A DNA stretch of 58,819 nt, filler included, from Basidiobolus ranarum (lineage: Eukaryota): NCBI GenBank assembly GCA_040143965.1. It is 5 parts of 5 records of this genome, joined end to end, with 100 filler letters (N's around TTAATTAATTAA, not from the genome) between each part and the next. Parts side by side here need not be neighbours in the genome. Positions count along the whole stretch, not along the records: positions 35,384 to 47,058 come from JASJQH010007471.1; positions 47,159 to 58,819 come from JASJQH010007472.1; 3 more parts are not named here. The stretch is one strand, 5' to 3'. The notes under the pieces are model-generated. The model saw only the letters and a list, made by a program, of their open reading frames with translations, was not told the DNA's origin and did not search any database. A program made the position numbers and the translations under genes. Within the stretch, counting starts at the first letter, position 1, and each line of letters starts with the position of its first letter. Positions 37,220 through 47,347 of the stretch are shown here, one piece after another.

Positions 37220-37865
37220 TTATCAATAAGAATGCTCTGAATGTAGAATACCTGATAGTACACGATAGAACAGTCCTTTATAAATATATCCGGAGGAAGA
37301 GTCAATAGCTATAGGTCATAACCGAGAAAGATCAAACGTCATAGTTGAGGTGATTTATCGTGTCCTTAGATAGGTTGTGGCACTTGGTCTGGCCAATATA
37401 TTAACAATTACATAGAGTCTCTGGGTATATTCCATTTGTTACTAATTAAATAATCCTGTCAGATATGAATGACTCTCTAATACTCTTCATCAAATGATGT
37501 TAAGAATTGGGAGTTAATCATTATATTTACACAACGATCGGTATTTTGAAATCACTGTATCTAAGCTGGACTCCTTCAAGGAAAGGTGTAAAGGTAAAAA
37601 TTACCATACGAATTGAAGAAATTCTATTTTCTTATACTCGTTTGCCAAACTTAGAAAGTAAAACCAAAATTAAGTTATGCCATTTTCTTTATCAACTATA
37701 AAAGTATTCAGTCCCTTTTTATCCGCTATGAATATTGCTAATTACTAGTTAGAATCCAGATGAATTTTAAATCATATTTTGGCTGATTTTTATTGACGCG
37801 AGGTAAACAGAGCTGCTGCCATCATATTATATGAATATGAAAAATACTGATAACCGGCTGAGAAC

Positions 37866-38492
37866 TTAATGTCTATTCCCACTAAAATATCTAATCTTGA
37901 AAGAACGGTGAGCAAATTTCTTGTATTTCTTGTAGGCTCTTCTGGGTCGGTGCATTGGCCACTGAGGAATGATGATCGGAGGTTGAGGTGGCTGAGCTGG
38001 TTGGTATATAGTCTGGTCAACCAACTGAGCTTGATCGAATTGATTCGAGTTGGACAGTGCTTGACTACCTTGAGCTGAGTGACCTTTCACTTCATCAAGT
38101 AGTGCTTGTTTGGGTTGTAGTTGACTTAGGTCAACGTTCCATGTAGAAGGAATACCTTGGGCTTGGTATTCAGATTGAGACTGTTCATCCTCAGCTGGAG
38201 CCTGTTCCATTTGACCTTTATCCTGGGTGGACTCCTCATCTGCTGACTGCTCTTCACTCTGTTGGTACATGGGCATCACCTGTGGCTGAACATAACTATA
38301 CTTCGTTGCTTCTGGAGAAGTCTGATATTGAGGCTGAATATCGCAAGAACCGCCATGTTGTCCACAAGACCTATCCTTGTAAGTAGTTTGCGCAACTGCA
38401 TTCGCAAAACCTGGTAGATTATGGAGTGGAGCTGTCATTGCTCCTTGAAGCAAGATGCATGAGGGGGCCAAAAGAGTTAGAAAATTTTGCAT
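37866..38492 (-). CDS. Secreted prepro-protein, array copy B (208 aa)
   Basis: Intact ORF and full-length paralog. Confidence 0.87.
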   Translation of the reverse strand: MQNFLTLLAPSCILLQGAMTAPLHNLPGFANAVAQTTYKDRSCGQHGGSCDIQPQYQTSPEATKYSYVQPQVMPMYQQSEEQSADEESTQDKGQMEQAPAEDEQSQSEYQAQGIPSTWNVDLSQLQPKQALLDEVKGHSAQGSQALSNSNQFDQAQLVDQTIYQPAQPPQPPIIIPQWPMHRPRRAYKKYKKFAHRSFKIRYFSGNRH

Positions 38493-39022
38493 AATTGTTA
38501 AGATGGTAATAGCTATTATTCCAGTGTAGAATAACTGATAGCAAATGGGAAAACATCCTTTTTATATAGATACAACGTGGTCGTTTCGTAAACCCGACCC
38601 CTTTAATTGCACTAACTTTTCATTTTATTTGACACTCAGATAAACAAAATTTTAATTTTGAGATGACTAGTATGTATTTTAAGTGTGCTGTTGTACTGAG
38701 TTCGACTAAGATATTATTAGTAGTATCAGAGTGTCTAGCTACCTTTCATTACAAATAGAAGATCAATGAAATTATCTTGTTTCTCATAAGCGTTAGCACA
38801 AAGATATCTAAAAGTGAAAGGGTTTTTAGCGTTTCTTGATCGCTCAACTTCGCCTTCTCGGTATTTTACTTGTATGTATCGAGTAATTAAATTGTATGAG
38901 CTTAATTCTGATTTACTAATATTTATTATAACTGTTTGGTTGCTAGGAGGCCTGAATATTTCAAGTAAAGACAGTAGTCAACTAAATGAAAAAACTGTTC
39001 TTTGGTAGTTGATATACCACCA

Positions 39023-39667
39023 TTAGTGTCTGTTTCCACTAAAGTATCTAATTTTGAAGGAACGATGAGCAAATTTCTTGTATTTCTTGTAGGCTCTTCT
39101 GGGTCGGTGCATTGGCCACTGGGGAATGATGATCTGAGGTTGAGGTGGCTGAGCTGGTTGGTATATAGTCTGGTCGACCAACTGGGCTTGGTCGAATTGA
39201 TTTGAATTGGACAGAGCTCGACTACTTTGAGATGCATGGCCATTCACTTCATCCAGTAATGCCTGCTTGGGCTGCAGTTGGCTCAAGTCAACATTCCACG
39301 AAGTAGGAGTAGTGGTGTAAGAAGGAGCGTCTTGAGCTTGATCCTCAGACTGTGATTGTTCGTCCTCAGCTGGAGCCTGTTCCATTTGACCTTCATCCGG
39401 GGTGGAATCCTCGTCTACTGGCTGCTCTTCACTCTGTTGGTACATGGGCATCACCTGTGGTTGAGCATAGCTATACTCCATTACTTGAGGTACTGCCTGA
39501 TATTGTGGTTGTATAACGCAAGAGCCGCCATGTTGTCCACACGATCTATCCTTGTAAGTGGTGCGTGCAACTGCATTTGCAAAGCCTGGTAAATTGTGGA
39601 GCGGTGCTGCCAATATTCCTTGAGCCAAGATACATGAAGAGACGAAAAGAGCTAGGACGGTTTGCAT
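39023..39667 (-). CDS. Secreted prepro-protein, array copy C (214 aa)
   Basis: Intact ORF and full-length paralog. Confidence 0.87.
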   Translation of the reverse strand: MQTVLALFVSSCILAQGILAAPLHNLPGFANAVARTTYKDRSCGQHGGSCVIQPQYQAVPQVMEYSYAQPQVMPMYQQSEEQPVDEDSTPDEGQMEQAPAEDEQSQSEDQAQDAPSYTTTPTSWNVDLSQLQPKQALLDEVNGHASQSSRALSNSNQFDQAQLVDQTIYQPAQPPQPQIIIPQWPMHRPRRAYKKYKKFAHRSFKIRYFSGNRH

Positions 39668-40321
39668 GATTGAGGTGTACAGAATACGAATGAAGCAGAA
39701 GCAGTATAATCAGAAAGGACCCACAGAGTCGTATTTTATACGTTTGTGAAGAGTTGTCATTTAGCACACTTTTCAATTTCGCATACTATTTCTTATATTG
39801 GTAAGTATTTTTTTCGCTAATTTGTACTTTAAAGTATGTAGGGTTATACATTCGCTTGTATCATACACTAGTACTTACTTAATTGTCTTTATATATAAAT
39901 CACTACTTATATGTATTTATTATCAAATCTCTAATAATTTTCCATTGTGAGTTCTGACGCTTGGTTGAGGAAAGGTACAATAGTATCAGCGACTGGCAAG
40001 GCATATTTAGATCATTGCTAGTAAATTTTGCCATTGCATAGCACGTTAATAGAGAATATCTCATATCCATAAATCCATAATATTAGTACAAATAATTGAA
40101 CTTGAAGCAACAAGTGTTTCTTTCTGAGAACTTCTTGAAGTGGGTAAGATTATTGATGATTTACTCTCGATTTGGATTATATAATTTAGAATCTGTCATT
40201 GAAATTTGAACATGCTAAAATTCATATTTGGACCCATGTTTATTGTAACAGAGTAAGCATGGCCATAGATACAGCTATGAGGTTATATTAACATGGGAAA
40301 TGCTGAGGAACTACTTAAAAC

Positions 40322-40966
40322 CTAGCGTCTATTGCCACTGAAATATTTAATCTTGAAGGAACGGTGAGCAAATTTCTTGTATTTCTTGTAGGCTCTTGTA
40401 GGGCGATGTATTGGCCACTGAGGAATGATGATCGGAGGTTGAGGTGGCTGAGCTGGTTGGTACACAGTTTGGTCAACCAACTGAGCTTGGTCGAATTGAT
40501 TCGAATCGGACAGAACTTGACTACCTTGAGCTGAGTGGCCTTTCACTTCATCCAGTAATGCTTGCTTAGGTTGTAATCGACTCAGATCAACATTCCATGA
40601 AGCGGGACCCGTAGAATATGAAGGGGCCTCTTGAGTCTGGTCTTCAAACTGGGATCGGCCGTCCTCAGCGGGAGCCTGTTCCATTTGACCTTCATCCGGG
40701 GTGGACTCCTCGTCTGCTGGCTGCTCTTCACTCTGTTGGTACATGGGCATCACTTGTGGTTGAACATAACTGTACCTCATTTCTTGTGGGGCTGCCTTAT
40801 ATTGTGGTTGTATATCGCAAGAGCCAGCCTGTTCTCTACAAGATCTATCCTTGTAAGTGGTTTGCGCAACTGCATTTGCAAATCCTGGTATGTTATGGAG
40901 TGGAGCTGCGATTGCTCCTTGAATCAAGATACACGAAGAAACAAAAAGAGTTAGAGCTGTATGCAT
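40322..40966 (-). CDS. Secreted prepro-protein, array copy D (214 aa)
   Basis: Intact ORF with site variant RPTR. Confidence 0.87.
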   Translation of the reverse strand: MHTALTLFVSSCILIQGAIAAPLHNIPGFANAVAQTTYKDRSCREQAGSCDIQPQYKAAPQEMRYSYVQPQVMPMYQQSEEQPADEESTPDEGQMEQAPAEDGRSQFEDQTQEAPSYSTGPASWNVDLSRLQPKQALLDEVKGHSAQGSQVLSDSNQFDQAQLVDQTVYQPAQPPQPPIIIPQWPIHRPTRAYKKYKKFAHRSFKIKYFSGNRR

Positions 40967-41438
40967 CGTTACTGAGTTGTTGATGACAATGATGTTGATA
41001 TAATGAAGGAGGGAGTTGCACTTTTATACATATATAGCGAGGAGGAATCATGAAATACATCACTTTAATCTCACTATTCCGCCATCAACATTATTTACTG
41101 ACGATAAAAATCTCATGCCTCAGATATTTTAATCCAAAACTGTAGTGCAAAAAGATTAGATACTAACTTTCGAAAGTATTAATTCTGTTTTCTATATATT
41201 CAGAATATTTCTGGAAAGTTGTACCGCCAAAAGCCAGTATCTTTGCATTGTATTTAGTGCCTCATTGATGATGCTCTACTATTGAACTAAAACGATATTT
41301 CGAAGTTTTGTTTTTATTGAAATTTAATCATATTGCATGTCATATAGAGACTGGTTTGCTTTGACATAGAGCACTGTGATCATGCTATACCAACATGGGA
41401 AATGTCGTTATGAGAATAATCAATGAAAGAGTGAGGTT

Positions 41439-42143
41439 TTAGTATCTGTTGCCACTGAAGTACCTGATCTTGAAGGAACGATGAGCAAATTTTTTGTATT
41501 TCTTATACTCTCTTTTGGGTCGGTGCATTGGCCACTGGGGAATGATGATCTGGGGTTGAGGTGGCTGAGCTGGTTGGTAAACGGTTTGGTCAACCAACTG
41601 AGCTTGATCGAATTGATTCGAATTGGACAATGCTTGACTACCTTGAGATGCGTGGCCTTTCACTTCGTCTAGTAATGCTTGTTTGGGCTGAAGTTGGCTC
41701 AAGTCGACATTCCATGAAGCAGGAGTACCCTGGATGTGGTCTTCAGGTTGATACTGGTCATCCTCAGCGGGAGCTTGCTCCATTTGATCTTGATCAGGAG
41801 TGGATTCATCATCTGTTGGTTGCTCTACACCTTGAGTATCTTCAGCTGGAGCCTGTTCCATTTGACCTTGATCAGAAGTGGACTCCTCGTTTGCTGATTG
41901 CTGTTCACTTTGCTGGTACATTGGCATCACTTGTGGTTGAGCGTAACTATATTCTGGTGCTGGTGGAGCTACCTGATATTGAGGTTGTATATTACAAGAG
42001 TCAACCTGTTCTCTGCACGAATTATCTTTGTAAGTGGTGTGCGCAACAGCATTAGCAAAACCGGGTAGATTATAAGGTGGAGTTGCTAAGGCTCCTTGAA
42101 CCAAGACATAAGAAGAGATCAAAAAAGCTAGTGTAGTTTGCAT
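41439..42143 (-). CDS. Secreted prepro-protein, array copy E (234 aa; two acidic repeats)
   Basis: Intact ORF with site variant RPKR. Confidence 0.87.
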   Translation of the reverse strand: MQTTLAFLISSYVLVQGALATPPYNLPGFANAVAHTTYKDNSCREQVDSCNIQPQYQVAPPAPEYSYAQPQVMPMYQQSEQQSANEESTSDQGQMEQAPAEDTQGVEQPTDDESTPDQDQMEQAPAEDDQYQPEDHIQGTPASWNVDLSQLQPKQALLDEVKGHASQGSQALSNSNQFDQAQLVDQTVYQPAQPPQPQIIIPQWPMHRPKREYKKYKKFAHRSFKIRYFSGNRY

Positions 42144-42760
42144 GATTGTTGAGGTATCAATGGCAATGAACTAAGTGCAGAATGATTAGCAATTCGCGAG
42201 AGAGCCGCCGTTTTATATTTCTATTACTTGAAAGAGTCATATAGTACACCTTTTTAATGCCACTAACTATTTCTCTATATTCTGGTTGAGGTAAATCACA
42301 TCTGAATGAATATCTACTTTTTGCGATGAACTGGTTGGACTTCGATTCTGACATAAATAATATTATGAATTACTATCAAATATCAATTTGTAATCGAATT
42401 ATATCTTCTAGAGTGCTTATAATAGCAATATAATAACGTTTATACCATGGGACTCCTATCTGACAATGTCTTTTAGCAGGTATAATCGTTTTTTCATATT
42501 TCGAAACTCAATTTTTGCATTCCAGAGATCAGCTGTATATATACGTGTATTCATAGTTTTAAAATGTCTGTGAAAGACTAGCTTTTTGTCTGGACTTATA
42601 TTCCAGTTAGATGATATTCTTTTTAAACAATTCCCCATCAGATATAAGATTAGTCACATTCTACCGGTACATACTTAGATGGACATTTATTTATGTGAGA
42701 TACTTTTGTTGCTGCTATAATAACATATCAATAAGAGAGACATTAATCAATTAACAGAGC

Positions 42761-43381
42761 TTAGTATCTATTCCCACTGAAATATCTAATCTTGAAGGAA
42801 CGGTGAGCAAATTTCTTGTATTTCTTGTAGGCTCTTCTGGGTCGGTGCATTGGCCACTGAGGAATAATAATTGGAGGTTGAGGTTGCTGAGCTGGTTGGT
42901 ACAGAGTTTGGTCAACTAACTGAGCTTGATCAAATTGATTCGAATTTGACAACGCTTGACTACCTTGGGATGAGTGACCTTTAACTTCATCCAGTAATGC
43001 TTGTTTAGGCTGTAGTTGGCTCAGGTCAACATTCCATGCAGTAGGAGTGCCTTGGGCCCGATCTTCAGATTGAGATTGTTCATCCTCAACCGGGGCCCGT
43101 TCCATTTGACCTTCATCCTGGGTGGAATCCTCGTCTACTGGTTGCTCTTCACTCTGTTGGTACATGGGCATCACTTGTGGTTGAACATAGCTATGCTCCG
43201 TCGGTACTGCCTGATACTGTGGCTGTATATCGCAAGAGCCAACCTGCTGCCCACAGGACCTATCCTTGTAAGTGGTTTGCGCTATTGCATTTGCAAACCC
43301 TGGTAGGTTCTGAAGTGGGGCTGCCAATGCTCCTTGACCCAAGACACATGAAGAGATGAATAAAGCTAGAACAATTTGCAT
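42761..43381 (-). CDS. Secreted prepro-protein, array copy F (206 aa)
   Basis: Intact ORF and full-length paralog. Confidence 0.87.
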   Translation of the reverse strand: MQIVLALFISSCVLGQGALAAPLQNLPGFANAIAQTTYKDRSCGQQVGSCDIQPQYQAVPTEHSYVQPQVMPMYQQSEEQPVDEDSTQDEGQMERAPVEDEQSQSEDRAQGTPTAWNVDLSQLQPKQALLDEVKGHSSQGSQALSNSNQFDQAQLVDQTLYQPAQQPQPPIIIPQWPMHRPRRAYKKYKKFAHRSFKIRYFSGNRY

Positions 43382-43764
43382 GATTGTAGAAATGTCGATG
43401 ACAATGAACCAAATGGAGAATGATTAGCAATAAACGAGCGGCCGCCCTTATATACATCTCTTGTGAGAGTCATAAAGTAAACCTTATTCATTCCACTAAC
43501 TCTTCCTTTAGTTCTATACTAAAAATTCTGGTTCAGGTAAATCAAATTAAAATGAGTAACTAGTTTTTGCAGTAAGATCTTTGAACTTAATTCGATTCTG
43601 ACGTAGGCTACGCTATGAAATGCAACCAAGTACCAGCTCGTAATCAATTTCTTTATTCTAAAGTGCCAATAATAGCAATATAAGGATGTCAATTATATTG
43701 TCTTTCATGATTGTCTCGGACTTTTAGTAACACTCATTTCAAAGTGAGGCTGTTCAAATGAGTG

Positions 43765-43838
43765 AGTTCATTATCGGCAGAGTGTTCAGTACTTTGAGCA
43801 TCTTCAGCGGGAGCCTGTTCTATCTCACCTTGATCAGA
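43765..43838 (-). pseudogene. Isolated remnant of the acidic repeat of the array gene
   Basis: Translates SDQGEIEQAPAEDAQSTEHSADNE with no flanking coding sequence. Confidence 0.7.
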
Positions 43839-44257
43839 TAAAAATAATGATTTCACGTCATATAGAGAACCGCTAATTATTCCAATCCAAGAGCCATGTC
43901 ACCGATGCAAGTGAACTGGATAAAAATTATATATGCAGTTGAATTAGTTCAGGATAATGGGGTAAAATGAGGTAAAATTTGTATAATCAAAACAAGCTTC
44001 ATGACCGTTACTTTCTGCAATGTAATCAAGAGAAGGCAGTTCTCCGATGGATTATGTATACTCTAAGAAACTGGATTGATATCATTGCTTGTTTAGTTTA
44101 CCAGATTCACGGATGACGATGAGCCACTGAAAGTGATTGGTCTGAAATCATTCATAATATAATAACTATGTTTGATTTGGCTTCTTTCTTATCTGAATAT
44201 GGAATGGTAACAGAACATAGGGAGTTTAAATCCACGAATCTTTGAATCAGTGGGATT

Positions 44258-44962
44258 TTGATGTCTGTTACCACTGAAATATCTGATTTTGAATGCACTG
44301 TGTGCAAATTTCTTGTATTTTTTGTAAGCTCTTCTGGGTCGGTGCATTGGCCACTGGGGAATGATGATCTGAGGTTGAGGTGGCTGAGCTGGTTGATAAA
44401 CAGTCTGGTCAACTAACTGGGCTTGGTAAAACTGGTTCGAATTGGACAGTGCTTGACTACTTTGGGATGCGTGACCTTTCACTTCGTCGAGTAGCGCTTG
44501 TTTGGGCTGTAGTTGATTCAGGTCAACATTCCACGCAGAAGGAGTGCTTTGAGTTTGTTCCTCAGACTGAGATTGTTCATCCTCAGCAGGAGCCTATTCC
44601 ATTTGACCTTGATCAGGAGTGGACTCATCACCGGTTGGTTGTTCTGCACTTTGGTAGTCTTCAGCTGGAGCCTGCTCCATTTGGTCTTGATCAGAAGTAG
44701 ATTCTTTGTCGACAGGCTGATATTCTTTCTGTTGATACACGGGCATCGTTTGTAGTTGATCATAACTATACTCTGTAACCGGGGAAGTAATCTGATATTG
44801 AGGTTGTATATCGCAAGGCCCAATTTGTTGTCCACAAGATCTGTCTTTGTCAGTGGTTTGTGCTGCTGCATTTGCAAAACCTGGTAGATTACGGAGTAGA
44901 GCTGCCGATGCTCCTTGAACTAAGACACAAGAAGAAGCCAAAGTGAGTAGAATAGGTTGGAT
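44258..44962 (-). pseudogene. Array copy G, pseudogene
   Basis: Start codon ATG>ATC (44962), CAG>TAG nonsense at 44594-44596, and terminal stop TAA>CAA (44258-44260). Confidence 0.88.
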
Positions 44963-45538
44963 GAATGACGAATAGTTAATACTGATAAGCGAAGAATAAG
45001 ACGAGTATTGACTAATGGAAACTAGGAATATACATATACAAGCACTGCCTAACCAACAAGTTCTATCTGAAGTGCTTCGATAATCTACCAAACGATCCAC
45101 TTCTGATAGGAACGTAATAAGCTATCAAGAAGTATACCAAATTGGACTATATTTACTTAAAGGTCCAAGGAATGAATCAGTTACTTGACGAGCATAAAGC
45201 AGGACAGCAATGGTAATACGAAAACTATGGTTGATGTAGTAACTGGTACTTTTCTGGTGGGAATGATTATTCTTCCTAGTACTACGCGTACTTTTGACTA
45301 TGTTAATGGCATTGAGGTATCTTCTCTTATGGTAGCAGCATTTGTCAAGTATGATCACTTGAACTGAGAACGGTAACTGCTATTTCTAGTAAATCACTTA
45401 TTAACTGATTATAATGATAGGGATACTTGACGATGGTATGCAGATATTAGTGATTGGAATACATCATTGAAAAAGGTTCAAGTTATTTATTCATATTTCC
45501 AAGTCGTTATAAGAAAATTCAGTGAAAAGGATGAAGGC

Positions 45539-46261
45539 TTAATGTCTGTTGCCGCTAAAATATCTGATTTTGAAAGAACGGTGAGCAAATTTCTTGTATT
45601 TCTTGTAAGCTCTTCTGGGACGATGCATTGGCCACTGGGGAATGATTATTGGAGGTTGAGGTTGTTGCGCTGGTTGGTACACAGTTTGGTCAACCAACTG
45701 GGTTTGATCGAATTGATTCGAGTCGGACAGTGCTTGACTACCTTGGGATGCATGGCCTTTCACCTCATCGAGTAGCGCTTGTTTGGGCTGGAGTTGACTC
45801 AAGTCAACATTCCATGAAGCAGGAGTAGTGGTATAGGAAGGAGTTTCTTGCGTTTGGTCCTCAGACTGAGATTGTTCATCTTCAGCGGGAGCTTGTTCCG
45901 TTTGACCTTGATCTGGAGTGGACTCATCATCGGTTGGTTGCTCTGCATTTTGAGCATCGTCAGCTGGAGCCCGTTCCATTTGGCCTTGATCAGGAGTGGA
46001 CTCATCATCCGTTAGCTGTTCCTCATTCTGCTGGTACACTGGCATTGCTTGTGGTTGGACATAACTATACTCTCTCGCCTGAGGAGTTGCCTGATATTGG
46101 GGTTGTATATCGCAAGATCTACCCTGTTGTCCGCAATAACTATCTTTATAAGTGGTATGTGCCACTGCGTTCGCAAAACCTGGTAGGTTATGAAGCGGAG
46201 CTGCCAATGCTCCTTGAGCCAACACACAAGAAGATACCAAAAGAGCGAGAGTGGTTTGCAT
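45539..46261 (-). CDS. Secreted prepro-protein, array copy H (240 aa; two acidic repeats)
   Basis: Start MQTTLALL at 46261, intact ORF. Confidence 0.87.
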   Translation of the reverse strand: MQTTLALLVSSCVLAQGALAAPLHNLPGFANAVAHTTYKDSYCGQQGRSCDIQPQYQATPQAREYSYVQPQAMPVYQQNEEQLTDDESTPDQGQMERAPADDAQNAEQPTDDESTPDQGQTEQAPAEDEQSQSEDQTQETPSYTTTPASWNVDLSQLQPKQALLDEVKGHASQGSQALSDSNQFDQTQLVDQTVYQPAQQPQPPIIIPQWPMHRPRRAYKKYKKFAHRSFKIRYFSGNRH

Positions 46262-46846
46262 GATTGTTGAGGTGTCAATGGTAATGATCCGAGGATAGAA
46301 TGGTTGACAATTAACGAGAGAGCCACCTATATATATTACTTGCAAGAGTCATAAAGTAAACCTTATTAATCTCAATAACTCTTCCTTTAAATTTGGGTTT
46401 AGGTAAATCATATCAAAGTGGATATCTGCATTTCTTAATGAACTCATTAAACTTGATTTGATCTTGACTTTAACGATATTATGAATAACGGTCCAGCACC
46501 AGTTCTTAATCGAACTACCTCTACAAGAGTGCTAAAATAACATTCTAGCAGTAACTTGAACTATTCATGTGGCAAAGATTATTCTCCGAAGGTTTGTACT
46601 ATATGTACTTTCAACAATAGCAATGAGGCATATTTCCTTTCTATAGTAGGATTTGTCAATTATGATCACCTCACCTGAACGTGGTAACTGCTATTTTCTA
46701 GTACACAACCTATTAGTTCGTTTGATGCGGTTGATGCTTTAACGTGGTTTGCTATTGTTCATATTCGAAAATATTTATTGAGGATTGAGGTTTTATATTT
46801 ATACTTGCAAGGCGTTATGAGAATAGTTAATGAAAGGGGCGGGAGT

Positions 46847-47058
46847 TTAGTGTCTGTTGCCACTGAAATATCTGATCTTGAAAGAACGGTGAGCAAATTT
46901 CTTGTACTTCTTATAAGCTCTTCTGGGACGGTGCATTGGCCACTGGGGAATGATGATCTGGGGTTGAGGTGGCTGAGCTGGTTGATACACAGTTTGGTCA
47001 ACCAACTGAGCTTGATCGAAGTGATTCGAGTCGGACAGTGCTTGACTGCCTTGGGATG
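46847..47058 (-). CDS. Array copy I, 3' part only (truncated by gap)
   Basis: Reads ..SQGSQALSDSNHFDQAQLVDQTVYQPAQPPQPQIIIPQWPMHRPRRAYKKYKKFAHRSFKIRYFSGNRH*. Confidence 0.8.
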
Positions 47059-47158
47059 NNNNNNNNNNNNNNNNNNNNNNNNNNNNNNNNNNNNNNNNNN
47101 NNTTAATTAATTAANNNNNNNNNNNNNNNNNNNNNNNNNNNNNNNNNNNNNNNNNNNN
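47059..47158. other. Assembly spacer (N run with TTAATTAATTAA linker)
   Basis: Same 100-nt construct. Confidence 0.98.
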
Positions 47159-47330
47159 AGATACTACACTTGATCTTAGCCAAAAGGCCTGAGAGGATTG
47201 TAATGTTTCCGTAATGTGTGCCAACCTCATTTATAATGATGAATGTTGCATGGGAATTGGTTTAAATTACTAATACTTCTGAATTTTTTACTCATAGATA
47301 TATTTGAACAATTATGCTATATGCATAATC

Positions 47331-47347
47331 TTAGGGTTAGGGTTAGG
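47331..47347 (+). repeat. Short interstitial telomere-like tract TTAGGGTTAGGGTTAGG
   Basis: Read directly. Confidence 0.8.

Noticed and set aside
44594-44596. In-frame TAG at a Gln position in copy G as stop readthrough or an alternative genetic code
   Set aside because: The same copy also lost its ATG and its terminal stop, and TAG terminates other genes in this window. It is a pseudogene.
18072-46345. N-terminal ORF-track extensions (345, 18072, 29852, 36712, 45100, 46345)
   Set aside because: They run through TATA boxes or use non-ATG starts. Paralog alignment supports the downstream ATGs.
35975-47110. Recurrent + strand and alternate-frame ORFs (MSKFLVFLVGSSGSVHWPL.. and similar) across the array
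   Set aside because: These are antisense or frame shadows of the duplicated minus-strand genes, with inconsistent starts and stops.
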